Origin: Mycoplasmatales bacterium
GTDB lineage: Bacteria; Bacillota_I; Bacilli_A; Mycoplasmatales; Mycoplasmataceae
Reading direction: 5' to 3'
Assembly: GCA_965200445.1 (NCBI GenBank)
Contig: OZ241341.1
Location: 412,126-436,125, forward strand
Length of the DNA: 24,000 nt
Shown here: positions 9,983 through 19,473 of the stretch, piece by piece
Position numbering within the stretch: the first letter of the stretch is position 1
How the letters are laid out: every line of letters starts with the position of its first letter
Translations under genes and position numbers: made by a program
The notes under the pieces: model-generated
What the model was told of the DNA's origin: nothing
The model's database searches: none
Seen by the model: only the letters and a program-made list of their open reading frames with translations

Positions 9983-11254
9983 ATGGATAGTCAAACAATT
10001 TCAAATTATGAACAAATTGCTAAAATCAAGGTTATTGGGGTCGGAGGAGCCGGTAATAATGCTGTTAATCGCATGATCGAAGATGGTGTGGAAGGTGTTG
10101 AATTCATTGTTGCTAATACTGACGCCCAGGTTTTAAGTGTTTCGAAAGCTGAAAACCGCATTGTTTTAGGTAAAAACATCACCAAAGGCCTTGGGGCAGG
10201 GGCCAATCCTGATATCGGGCGGCAAGCTGCTGAAGAGAGCCGTGATGAGATTAGACGCCACCTTAAAGGTGCTGACATGGTGTTTATTGCTGCTGGGATG
10301 GGCGGTGGTACTGGTACTGGTGCAGCGCCGATCATAGCGCAAATCGCCAAAGAAACAGAAGCGCTAACTGTGGGTATTATCACTACACCATTTACTTTTG
10401 AAGGCCATTTACGTTGTAATTATGCCAAGCAAGGCACTAGCGAACTGCGTAAGCATGTTGATTCATTAATTATGATTGCCAATGATCGTTTATTAGAAAT
10501 TATTGGTGGCGTGCCTTTGAAGGATTCCTTTAAAGAAGCAGACAATATTTTGCGGCAAGGGGTGCAAACCATTACCGATTTAATTGCTGTGCCTTCTTTA
10601 ATTAATCTGGACTTTGCTGATGCGCGCAATGTGATGAAAAACAAGGGTAATGCCCTGTTTGGCATTGGGTTAGGTGAAGGGCCCGAAAAGGCAATCCAAG
10701 CTGCCAACCGTGCTATTGTTTCGCCTCTCCTAGAAGCTGATATTAAAGGCGCAAGGGATGCTATTATCAATGTCACAGGGGGCAAGACTATGACCTTGCA
10801 CGACGCCAATGATGCTGTTGATATTGTTCGACAAGCAACTGGCAACGAAGTAAACATCATCTTTGGGGTTGCTATTAATGAACATCTTGAAGATAAAATG
10901 ATTCTAACGGTTATTGCTACTGGTTTTGAAGATACTGCAGCAGAACAACAACAAGCAGCAGAACCAGAAAAACTCGAAAACGAAATGAATCAATTCTTTA
11001 ACAATGGGGGTATTTTACGTCCTAAAGCTCAAGATGAACAGCATGAACCCACTGTTAATCAACCAGCAATTGATGAGCCCCAAGCTTATCCCCACGAAGA
11101 AATAACTGATGCTCGCAAAGAAATTCAGCAACAATATGATGCGTACTTGGCGCGGTCTCAATCGCCAGAAAACAATCCAAGCGTGGCATCACAACCAGAA
11201 ACTACAACTGAAGAATTTGAAAATGACTTACCAGCTTTTTTAAGAAAGGACTAA
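9983..11254 (+). CDS. ftsZ: cell division GTPase FtsZ
   Basis: Motifs are [26 protein letters not shown], the tubulin signature [12 protein letters not shown], and NLDFADA. A long Q/E/P-rich linker ends in the conserved C-terminal peptide [18 protein letters not shown] is present. Confidence 0.97.
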   Translation: MDSQTISNYEQIAKIKVIGVGGAGNNAVNRMIEDGVEGVEFIVANTDAQVLSVSKAENRIVLGKNITKGLGAGANPDIGRQAAEESRDEIRRHLKGADMVFIAAGMGGGTGTGAAPIIAQIAKETEALTVGIITTPFTFEGHLRCNYAKQGTSELRKHVDSLIMIANDRLLEIIGGVPLKDSFKEADNILRQGVQTITDLIAVPSLINLDFADARNVMKNKGNALFGIGLGEGPEKAIQAANRAIVSPLLEADIKGARDAIINVTGGKTMTLHDANDAVDIVRQATGNEVNIIFGVAINEHLEDKMILTVIATGFEDTAAEQQQAAEPEKLENEMNQFFNNGGILRPKAQDEQHEPTVNQPAIDEPQAYPHEEITDARKEIQQQYDAYLARSQSPENNPSVASQPETTTEEFENDLPAFLRKD

Positions 11255-11258
11255 CAAA

Positions 11259-11594
11259 ATGGGAATTTTTAATCGCAACCGTGGAACACAAGATCAAAAT
11301 AAACCGCTAACCACTAACAAAGACAGAGAAGGGTTCATGCCTTATAGCGGCGATATTGAAATGAAGCCCGAATTAACCAAATCACCACAGATCACCACTT
11401 TCCAACCTTCTAAATTTGATGAAATGGATGAAATAGCTAACCACCTAATTAAGTTCAAGCAAATTAAATTAAATTTAGCTAGTATGGACAGTAAAGAACG
11501 TATTCGTAGTCTTGATTTTATTAGTGGCATTATGTATGCCTACCATGGCCGAGTGGAAGTAATTGGTCATAATATGTATTTATTTTTGATTTAG
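11259..11594 (+). CDS. sepF: cell division protein SepF
   Basis: 111 aa. The C-terminal domain TTFQPSKFDEMDEIANHLIKFKQIKLNLASMDSKERIRSLDFISGIMYAYHGRVEVIGHNMYLF matches the SepF/YlmF core pattern. The gene starts 4 nt after ftsZ. Confidence 0.8.
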   Translation: MGIFNRNRGTQDQNKPLTTNKDREGFMPYSGDIEMKPELTKSPQITTFQPSKFDEMDEIANHLIKFKQIKLNLASMDSKERIRSLDFISGIMYAYHGRVEVIGHNMYLFLI

Positions 11595-11657
11595 ATTTTC
11601 GTCACCAAAAATTTTGTTAAAATAATGATTACTATTATTTTAGTGTGGTAATCAATT

Positions 11658-12074
11658 ATGCTCAATAAAAAACAGCTTCAAGCAGTTATTAAACACTTGC
11701 AGCAACAAAACATAGACTTAAAGTCCCAGACTTCTACTTTGCAAGCGCAAATTGATGAAATCATCCATAAAGAGGATCATATGGATGATGTTTTGATTCC
11801 TGATAGTTTAAAAGCTGCTGACAGCCAAACAAGGGTTAATCAGGCAGAAATATTGGGATTAGTAGTGCAAGGGTTTAATGCCTTATTTGAAATCAAGGAT
11901 GCCTTACTTGTGCTATTAGAGAAGCTAAAAAACAACAATGACCCTGTCCAAGTTCGCGACTTAGTGACAAATTTTTTGCGTGAATATGAATACTGGACCG
12001 CCAACAATGTTAATGATTCGGACCTGTATAAGCTAATTGATGAAGTCAACATTAATAATAAAAAAGCATTATAA
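11658..12074 (+). CDS. hypothetical coiled-coil protein at the divIVA position of the Firmicute ftsZ-sepF-divIVA-ileS arrangement
   Basis: An intact 138-aa ORF with no TGA. The N-terminal half is heptad-like and Q/L-rich (LQAVIKHLQQQNIDLKSQTSTLQAQIDEII). I see no recognisable DivIVA N-terminal motif. The call as a gene rests on ORF length, tight packing and strand. Confidence 0.55.
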   Translation: MLNKKQLQAVIKHLQQQNIDLKSQTSTLQAQIDEIIHKEDHMDDVLIPDSLKAADSQTRVNQAEILGLVVQGFNALFEIKDALLVLLEKLKNNNDPVQVRDLVTNFLREYEYWTANNVNDSDLYKLIDEVNINNKKAL

Positions 12075-12094
12075 AAAAGGGTATTTTAAATATT

Positions 12095-14845
12095 GTGGAT
12101 TGAAAAGGCACTCTTAATATTTTCTCATCAGCCTTTAGTATGAAGGCCAATTTACAAAATAAGGAAAAAGAATTTTTAGCTAGGTGGTATGATCAAAATC
12201 TGCCCCAGATCATTAACGATTGCAATGCTCAAAAACCACCCTTTATTATTCATGATGGACCACCTTATGCTAATGGTGAACTGCACATTGGCCACGCTTT
12301 TAATAAAATTTTAAAAGATATTTTAGTGCGCTACTATAATAACGCAGGATTTTATTCACCTTTTATTCTAGGCTGAGATACCCATGGTTTACCTATTGAA
12401 GTAGCTGTTTTAAAAAAAGGTTTTAATCCGCAGCACTTAAGTGTTGACCAGTTTCGGAAGGAATGCGCTAAGTATGCTGATCAGCAAATTTCTCAGCAAG
12501 CAAGTCAACTAAAACTGCTGGGGCTGTTAACTGATTTTGACCAAAAGTATGTTACAAAAAATTGATCCTATGAAGTAGCACAACTCGAATTCTACCAAAC
12601 ATTAATTAGCAAAGGTTTAATTTATCGAGGTTTAAAACCTGTGCATTGGTCGCCTTCTAGTCAATCAGTTTTAGCTGATGCTGAAATTGAATACCAAAAT
12701 CTAGAAGCATCTGCCTTGTATTGTCAATTTAAAATAGAAGAAAACCAACATTGAAAAAAATTAGGATTGCCTAGTAACTGTTATTTGCCCATTTGGACAA
12801 CAACCCCTTGAACGATTCCGTGCAACCAATTATTAGCGGTAGGCGTTGATTTAGAATACAACTTGCTGCGCCACGAAAATCAGCATTATTTGGTTGCTGC
12901 CAGTCGTTTAAATACTATTGTTGAAGAATTAAAATGATCTGATTATCAGATACTTAAAAATTATCAAGGTCACGATTTAGTGGGACTTATGAGCTTGCAC
13001 CCATTTTATCAACGCTCAAGTTTAGTGGTAGAAGGCTTTCATGTCACAAGTGATATAGGGACCGGGGTAGTGCACGTGGCTCCTGGCTTTGGAGAAGAGG
13101 ACTATGAAATAGGGTTACAGCACAATTTATCTGCGTATGCTCCGCTGAACAATAAAGGTTGTTTCACTGATGAAATTCAAGATCCTGATTTAGTTAATGT
13201 GTTTTATGCAAAAGCTAATCATATAGTTATCGATAAGTTGAAACGAGCGCAAGCTTTGCTGGGGATTTGTGATATAGAACACTCAGTAGCTGTTGATTGG
13301 AGAACTAAAAAGCCAGTTATTTACCGCGCCACCGAACAGTGATTTGTTAATATTCAAAAGATTAAACCATCTTTGATCCGGGCAATTGCAGATGTTAATT
13401 GGAAACCAGCCTGAGCGCAAGAACACATGCTGCGTATGATTAAAAAAAGGCAAGATTGGTGTATCTCACGACAACGATCATGGGGCGTTCCTTTGATAGC
13501 TTTTTATGATCAAAATGACCAATTGCAGGTGAGCGAAGAATTGGTTGCACATGCTATAGGCATTCTTAAAAACTATCAATCATGTGATGCTTGATTCACT
13601 GAACCGGCTGATGCTTTTTTACCTGCTAAGTTGCAAAAACAAGGTTGACGTAAAGAATTGAATATTATTGATGTTTGATTTGACAGCGGCATAAGTAGCT
13701 CAGTGGTTCTTCCTGAACACAATTTACAACCTCCCGCTGATGTTGTCTTTGAAGGTAATGATCAATTCCGGGGATGATTTAATTCCTCTTTAATTATCGG
13801 GGTTATTAAAACAGGTAGGGCTCCCTACAAAAATGTTTTAACCCATGGTTTTGTCAATGATGCTCATGGATTTAAAATGTCTAAATCTAAAAATAATTTT
13901 ATTAGTATTAGTAAGTTCCTTAAGCAGGAGAGTGCAGAAATTTTAAGGTTATGGGTTGCTTCTTCAGACTATACATCTGATATTAAATATGCTCCTCATA
14001 AAATTCAGCAAGTTAAAGAACAATACCGACGTTTTCGCAACACCTTACGTTTTTTGGTGAATAATCTCGAAGACTTTACTTTTGAAACAGATTGGCAAAA
14101 GCAATTAAATGAGGTTGATTTATTTATCATTAATAAGCTCATTAAATTGCAAACATCTGTTAATAAGCTGTATGAAAAAGCTGATTATCAACAAATCACG
14201 ATACTGATTAATAATTTTATTACCTATTATTTGTCATCGTTTTATTTGGATTTTAGCAAAGATGTCTTGTATGTCGAGCATCCTAATGCCCAAAGGCGTC
14301 GTCAAGTGCAAACCACACTGTATGTCGTTCTACACACATTAGTAGATTTGCTTAAACCTATTTTGGTTTTTACGACAGAAGAACTGCACGATCACTTGCA
14401 ATATCCTGCCCGAAAACCCTCTGTCCATTTAAAGCCTTGTTATCAGATTCCGTTTTCCTATAATGAATCAGTTGAGTTGGTCTGAGATCAGTTGATGCTG
14501 ATTAAAAAGGATATTAACCTTGCTTTGGAGCAAGCGCGTAACCAAAAAATTGTGAATAAATCAGCAGCTGCCGCAGTACATATTGTTTTAAAACCGGCTT
14601 TGGCCAAGTACGTAAATTATCGATCTCAAATGGAGAGATCTTTCATCCTTGGGAAAGTGATAATGGCAAATGATCATGATGCAACCTGAGATGCTTACGA
14701 TACTGCCTGAATTAAAATTCAGCTCAAGGCAGGAGTTAAATGTACTAGATGCTGGAGGATAGCAGATCAAATTGATGCCAATGAAGTTTGTGTGGCGTGT
14801 GCAAAAATATTAAAGCAACTAGAAACCGTGACCAATCATGCGTAA
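12095..14845 (+). CDS. ileS: isoleucine--tRNA ligase
   Basis: Frame 2 is continuous to TAA 14843-14845 with many TGA read as Trp (about 916 aa). It has HIGH (GELHIGHA), GW(TGA)DTHGLP, KMSKS (FKMSKSKNN) and a C-terminal CTRCW...CVAC zinc knuckle. The sequence upstream of the first ATG (12140) translates VDW(TGA)[17 protein letters not shown]. That fits the conserved IleRS N-terminus (MDYKxTLNLPxTxFPMRxNL), so GTG 12095 is preferred as the start. Confidence 0.92.
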
Positions 14846-15413
14846 TCTACTGCACAAAACCTGAACACACTTGCGTTTGCATGATTATAAATGAAAACAG
14901 AAACTGCAAATTATCCTACCGATTATTGGTTTTTTATTGGCTTGTGATGTTGTGACCAAAGTATTAGCCCAAACATATCTAACCTATGGGGTGAAGCAAA
15001 ATTTAATTGGCAGCTTCATTCAAGTGCAATTATTAAATAATTCTGGTATAGCCTTTGGCACATCTCTAAATCTTGTGGCTGCTATTACTATTGGGATTAT
15101 TTTAGTGATCTTTTGTACTTGCATGGTGGCATACTTAAATTTACTGATTATTTGCACAGGATTTGCTTTTATTCTGTCGGGTTCATTAGGTAATTTGATC
15201 AACCGCATTTGGAATAATGGTTCAGTAACTGATTTTTTAGTATGGAAACTATTTCCTCCCGAATCCATCTTTAATTTAGCTGATACTTTTATTATTTTGG
15301 GATGCGTTATTATTGGCATTGGTTTATTCTGAGAATTAATTAAAGCTAGCTTACAAAAACACCGTGAAAATAAAGCTGAGGATGCGAGAATTCAGCTTGA
15401 GCAAAAAGCATAG
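14838..15413 (+). CDS. lspA: lipoprotein signal peptidase II
   Basis: ATG 14838 overlaps the ileS stop by 8 nt. 191 aa with TGA read as Trp. It has four hydrophobic segments, DVVTK, NNSGIAFG, GSLGNLINR, and the catalytic Asp contexts VTDF and FNLAD. Confidence 0.85.
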
Positions 15414-15424
15414 TTCTTGGTAGG

Positions 15425-16363
15425 ATGATGATTAAAATTATAAGCACTGAAGCTAAAATACGTTTGGATAAATATTTAGCCCAGATTCTGGTTAATTATG
15501 GTTTAAGCTGGAGTCGTTCTCACATAGCACATGCTATTAAAGATCACCAAGTCACTGTTAATAATAAAAATGTCCAACCCAGCCATATTTTAAATGTCGG
15601 CGACACTATTAGGGTAGAGGCAAGTTACACTGGCCCTCAACAAACATTGGTGCACTCCAACATTAAGCCAGAAAAAATGGATCTTGACATTATTTATGAA
15701 GATGATGATCTGATGGTTGTTAATAAGCCCAACCACATGGTCGTGCATCCCTCCATTGGTCACACTACGAACACCTTGCTACACGGTCTTAAGTATCACA
15801 GTAAAAAGTTGTCTGATTTTCACACAGACCCTTTGAGGCCTGGTGTGGTGCACAGAATTGACAAGGATACCACAGGCTTGCTCATTGTGGCTAAAAATAA
15901 CAAAGCGCATCAAAAGATAGCAGCAGATTTGCGTGACCACAAAATTCAACGTTCGTACCTGGCGATATGCCATGGTCTAATCAAAGAACCGGCTGGTCGC
16001 ATAGAAGCCCCTTTGGGGCGTGACCCTAATAATCGCTTAAAAATTAAAGTACAAGCAACAAAAAGCAAGCAGGCTATCACCAATTTTATTGTAATTAGCC
16101 GGTCAAAAGATTATACTTATATTAAGTGCAGTTTGGAGACGGGGCGTACTCACCAAATTCGTTCTCATCTGTGCTATATTCAACATCCAATTTTGGGAGA
16201 TCATCTTTATGGATGGAAGGAAGATAAACACATTGCATTTGGTCAATTTTTACATGCTTACAAATTAAGTTTTTATCATCCGATTACTAACCAATTAATG
16301 GTTTTTAAGGCTCCTATCCCCGATGAATTTCAATCAAAATTAAAATTATTAGATTTAGATTAA
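15425..16363 (+). CDS. rluD: RluA/RluD-family 23S rRNA pseudouridine synthase
   Basis: An N-terminal S4-like domain (RLDKYLAQ...), the catalytic motif HRIDKDTTGLLIVAKN, and TGRTHQIRSHL. The ileS-lspA-rluD order is conserved as in Firmicutes. Confidence 0.88.
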   Translation: MMIKIISTEAKIRLDKYLAQILVNYGLSWSRSHIAHAIKDHQVTVNNKNVQPSHILNVGDTIRVEASYTGPQQTLVHSNIKPEKMDLDIIYEDDDLMVVNKPNHMVVHPSIGHTTNTLLHGLKYHSKKLSDFHTDPLRPGVVHRIDKDTTGLLIVAKNNKAHQKIAADLRDHKIQRSYLAICHGLIKEPAGRIEAPLGRDPNNRLKIKVQATKSKQAITNFIVISRSKDYTYIKCSLETGRTHQIRSHLCYIQHPILGDHLYGWKEDKHIAFGQFLHAYKLSFYHPITNQLMVFKAPIPDEFQSKLKLLDLD

Positions 16364-16366
16364 CTA

Positions 16367-17641
16367 ATGACTATGGATAATTTCTTTAGCGAAGAGAAGT
16401 TAACAATTATTGAGTTCTTGCAAAAGCATGAACAGTACAAAATTTTTGAATATGGCGGTAAAAATAAAACTGACACATATTTGTTTAAACCTACCTTAGA
16501 TGGGTTTCAAATTATCCGGATCAATAATACTTACCATGATGATCTCAAGGATTTTGCGGTTGAATCAGATGTTTGAAAGAGACTTTCAGCCAAGTTGCTA
16601 AAGAAGCAAAAACATCTCAAACTTAAGACACTTGTCATTATTTTAGGTAATCGAGCAGAGCAATCAGTAACGCTTAAAGATCACACACTTGTAAACCTTA
16701 ATAAAGAATATAAAAATGGTCTTGCCCAGTTTTTCCCAGGTATTAAGCAATTTATTGATGATAAAGAGGTTGATTTAAAAAAACTATCCCCAGAAGAACT
16801 AAAAAACCAAATGGAAGATGCGGGTAGTCGGTTAAATCGGGATCTCAAAAAAATTAGCCAAAAATTTCGTTCAAGTAATCTGATTGTGGTCTGGATATCA
16901 ACGGTACTATTTATTGTTTTGCCTTTTCTTTTGTTTTTGTTCAGTGGTAGCCTTGGGTTTAAGGGTATTACCTCATCAACCCTAGGGCTAATCTTAGGTG
17001 GCTTAAATCGTGATGTTGTAGTAGGTCTTAACCAGTGATGAAGACTCTTCACCTATGTATTTGCTACTGATAGCATTTTTTCTCTGTTAATCTATGGGAT
17101 TATTCTCTTTTTTAGTGTTAAGTTGCTAGAAGTAACAATGAAGCCCTGAAAAATTCTCATTGCGTTTATTTGTCTGATTCCCACCTCTGCGTTTTTAACT
17201 GCGATTGCTATCCCCGGCTATATTTTTACTGGTCCGCAAACCATTGCAGTGGCCATGTACGGGTTAATGTTTATGACCCACTACAGTCGCAAAACACTAA
17301 CATCACAAATAGCTGGTATGCAATCCAATTGAATTCCTATTTTGTTAATTTTAATCCCACTTTTTTCTGGGTCTTATATGACTTACCTAATTTATATAGT
17401 GGCCTTCACTGCCGGAGTGGTAATGTCATATTTCTTAGATTATGATTATCGTAGGTTGAGATGAAGTATTGTGCCACCTGTTTTGATTGCCTTTTGCTTA
17501 ATTGTGGTGCCAATTATTCTTTTTGAAACTAATGTTTACTGAGCTCCGAATAATTACACTGTCTTTAGTATGATGCAGCAATACTACAACCAAAAGTTTA
17601 TGTCTAAGGGTGCGATTACCAAAATATTAGAAAACTACTAT
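16367..17641 (+). CDS. polytopic membrane protein with a rhomboid-like core lacking the Ser/His dyad, plus a cytoplasmic domain of about 190 aa
   Basis: Frame 2 is continuous from ATG 16367 to TAA 17639-17641 with TGA read as Trp (424 aa). After the first TM helix comes Q-W-W-R-L-F-T (both Trp are TGA), matching the rhomboid L1/TM2 WRxxT motif. Roughly six further hydrophobic helices follow. The positions expected for HxxxN, GxSG and the TM6 His read SLLIY, GPQT and AFTAG. Confidence 0.55.
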
Positions 17642-17699
17642 CATATTCCTGCGAATATGATTGGTAATTATATTAGTTTCTAGGATTATGGCAGCAAAA

Positions 17700-18155
17700 A
17701 TTCTGACTTGAGAACGCTTTTTTGTGGCAGTTTGCTATTTATGTGCTGCTAAAAGTAAGGATCCTCATACGCAAGTGGGGGCTTGTATAGTGAACGATCT
17801 TAACCAGATTATTAGCACTGGCTATAATGGTTTCCCTCGTGGTCTTAATGATGAATTATACCCCTGACAAAAAGCCGGGTTAACTGCTTTCGAAATTAAG
17901 TACACTTATGTAGTGCACGCCGAGCTAAATGCTATCATTGCGGCTAAAACCAATATTGCGGGTTGTACGCTATATACCACTTTATTTCCTTGTGCCAATT
18001 GTGCGAAGATTATTATTCAAGCAGGTATTGCTAAAGTGGTGTATGTAAGCGACAAGTATCTTAACACACCAGATGGCCAGGCTGCCCTGAAAATGTTAAA
18101 TGATGCTAAAGTGGTTTTAACCCAAGCCAAACCACTCCGATTAGAGATTACCTAG
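17700..18155 (+). CDS. dCMP (deoxycytidylate) deaminase, ComEB-like; start codon uncertain (ATT 17700 or CTG 17703)
   Basis: W(TGA)ERFFVAVCYL...DPHTQVGACIV...GYNGFPRG...VVHAELNAI...LFPCANCAKIIIQAGI carries the HAE and PCxxC zinc-deaminase motifs. Frame 3 opens only after TAG 17682-17684 and contains no ATG before the conserved N-terminal Trp codon (17709). Stop is TAG 18153-18155. Confidence 0.78.
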
Positions 18156-18344
18156 ATTTTAAGCGCTTAAGATTTATAAAATACAAACTATTTCAGCTGG
18201 AAAAAGTAAAATGTAGAATTTATTTCTTATTTTAATTACTCGCTATTATGAAAATTTTTAAAACCTCAAAAGGAAAGCATAAATTAATTTAAATAGTGCA
18301 ACTAAAAATGTGAAATAAAGCTCAAGATTGTAACTATTGATTCA

Positions 18345-18419
18345 ATGTAAATTACACAAAAAAGTAACAACGAGATAATCATAAAATTTTTATTTATGTA
18401 ATAATTACGTAATTTACAT
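18345..18419. repeat. 11-bp inverted repeat ATGTAAATTAC / GTAATTTACAT (53-nt spacer), with a nested 12-bp palindrome AATTACGTAATT (18403-18414)
   Basis: Read directly: 18345-18355 is the exact reverse complement of 18409-18419. The palindrome overlaps the right arm. Confidence 0.6.
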
Positions 18420-18658
18420 GGTCTATATAGTAATTAATTGATGTTAATGTGTATGAGATTAATATTATAAAGTACAGGAATTAAATTTGCATTTTATGGG
18501 ATTAGAAATCCACTATTTTCCTACACTTAAGTTAGCAGAATTAAAAATAATTATAGATAAGGATAAACACATTAATATAGTTAATCATATGCAAAAATTA
18601 ATTTTAATAATTTCACTGAATTTATAATTAAGTTTTTAAAATTTTTTTAAAAATAATC

Positions 18659-18679
18659 AAACGATAAGGAATCGTTTTT
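18659..18679 (+). terminator. orphan terminator-like hairpin AAACGAT-aagga-ATCGTTT followed by TT
   Basis: A 7-bp stem, 5-nt loop and T-run on the + strand only. The stem is weak (2 G:C pairs). It lies about 500 nt from the nearest + strand gene end, so it is only meaningful if an unannotated transcript exists. Confidence 0.25.
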
Positions 18680-18850
18680 GCAGCTAAGTTCATTAATTAT
18701 ATTGCTTAAGATGTTCCAGCAAATCGAGAAAATGAAATAATGTTAGCCCAAACATAAAAATTTCTATGAACTAACAAAATAATCTGCTCTTAAATTATAT
18801 TCATTTGTAAGCTGACAAAAATAAGCAAAATAGTTTGAGAATTTGTTTTT

Positions 18851-18959
18851 CCCTTTTTCTTAATATCACTAGAGTAGATAATTTAGTAAATCAAAAGCCA
18901 TGACTGATGATTTTTAAAGCCAAAAAATTTTATAGACTCTAAAACCCTTTTTCTTAATA
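18851..18959. repeat. exact 15-nt direct repeat CCCTTTTTCTTAATA (18851-18865 and 18945-18959), 94 bp apart
   Basis: Read directly. On the - strand it reads TATTAAGAAAAAGGG, which is -10-like plus Shine-Dalgarno-like. The flanks are not similar. Confidence 0.6.
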
Positions 18960-19429
18960 GAATTTCAAAGCATGCATAAAGATATTTGCGACATGTAGAT
19001 AAAATAAATTTTAAGATAATTAGAAATAAACTTAAAAAAGAGAAGGCTTATTTAAAAAATTTAGCAAAATACTCCTACAATAAAAATCCTTATCATTACT
19101 AGCAAAAATATAAGAAATATTAAAATAAAATTTTTTAAAAACTTTTTTAGAAAGCAAATTTTTAAACTATATTGATTTTAAATTAACCTGAATGCCGCTC
19201 CATAGATATAGAAATTAATTCACTCTTATTTCTTTAGTCCCTTTATGAAGTCTTCGTAAAATATATTTAAGTATTTTTTGAAAGCTAAAATATTCTTTTT
19301 TGGTTTTATTTTTATTGGTTTTAAATTTTTAAGAGATAAAAATGAAAAAATGCAATTAATCAAAGAATTACTATTTCTAATTTTTTGAGCTTAGAGGTCA
19401 AAAATATTTAAAACTGCTTCTTCTCTTAC

Positions 19430-19473
19430 AAAACTGAAAAACCTAAAATTATTAATTAAGGCTTTTGAGTTTT
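19430..19473 (-). terminator. imperfect AT-rich inverted repeat just downstream of the methyltransferase stop (possible - strand terminator)
   Basis: AAAACTGAAAAACCT (19430-19444) pairs with AGGCTTTTGAGTTTT (19459-19473) at 13 of 15 positions, with a 14-nt loop. It begins 11 nt after the stop (19484-19486). The stem is weak and there is no strong U-tract. Confidence 0.25.

Noticed and set aside
10006-10860. Two long antisense ORFs (125 and 146 aa) inside ftsZ.
   Set aside because: They are Ala/Pro/Ser-rich mirror translations of the relatively GC-rich, highly conserved ftsZ coding strand, which is a typical shadow-ORF artefact. The same reasoning applies to the antisense ORFs at 426-671, 960-1160, 2437-2661, 3991-4188, 5680-5889, 5913-6194, 7431-7658, 11342-11530, 11840-12052, 14588-14770, 15020-15319, 15779-15973, 16681-17052 and 23249-23524.
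11658-12074. Calling the 138-aa coiled-coil protein DivIVA outright.
   Set aside because: The conserved DivIVA N-terminal membrane-binding motif (MPLTPxDIxxKxF...RGY) is absent. Only position and coiled-coil character support the idea, so the gene is left as hypothetical.
12075-12139. T-box or other leader riboswitch upstream of ileS (common in Firmicutes).
   Set aside because: With the GTG 12095 start only 20 nt separate ileS from the preceding gene. Even from ATG 12140 there is far too little room for a T-box leader of about 200 nt.
17170-17445. 91-aa + strand ORF (MSDSHLCVFNCDCY...).
   Set aside because: It is an out-of-frame overlap inside the rhomboid-like membrane gene. The frame-2 reading gives coherent TM helices across the whole region, whereas this frame gives a Cys/Asn/Tyr-rich sequence without features.
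703-17641. Many essential genes (pheT, fumC, ileS and others) look like multi-fragment pseudogenes in the supplied ORF track.
   Set aside because: The fragments are always in the same frame and are separated only by TGA, never by TAA or TAG. The TGA codons fall at conserved Trp positions. This is genetic code 4, not gene decay.
18161-18172. The 12-bp palindrome TTAAGCGCTTAA just after the deaminase stop as its intrinsic terminator.
   Set aside because: As a hairpin it would have at most a 4-bp A/T stem around a GCGC loop and no following U-tract. That is not a credible rho-independent terminator.
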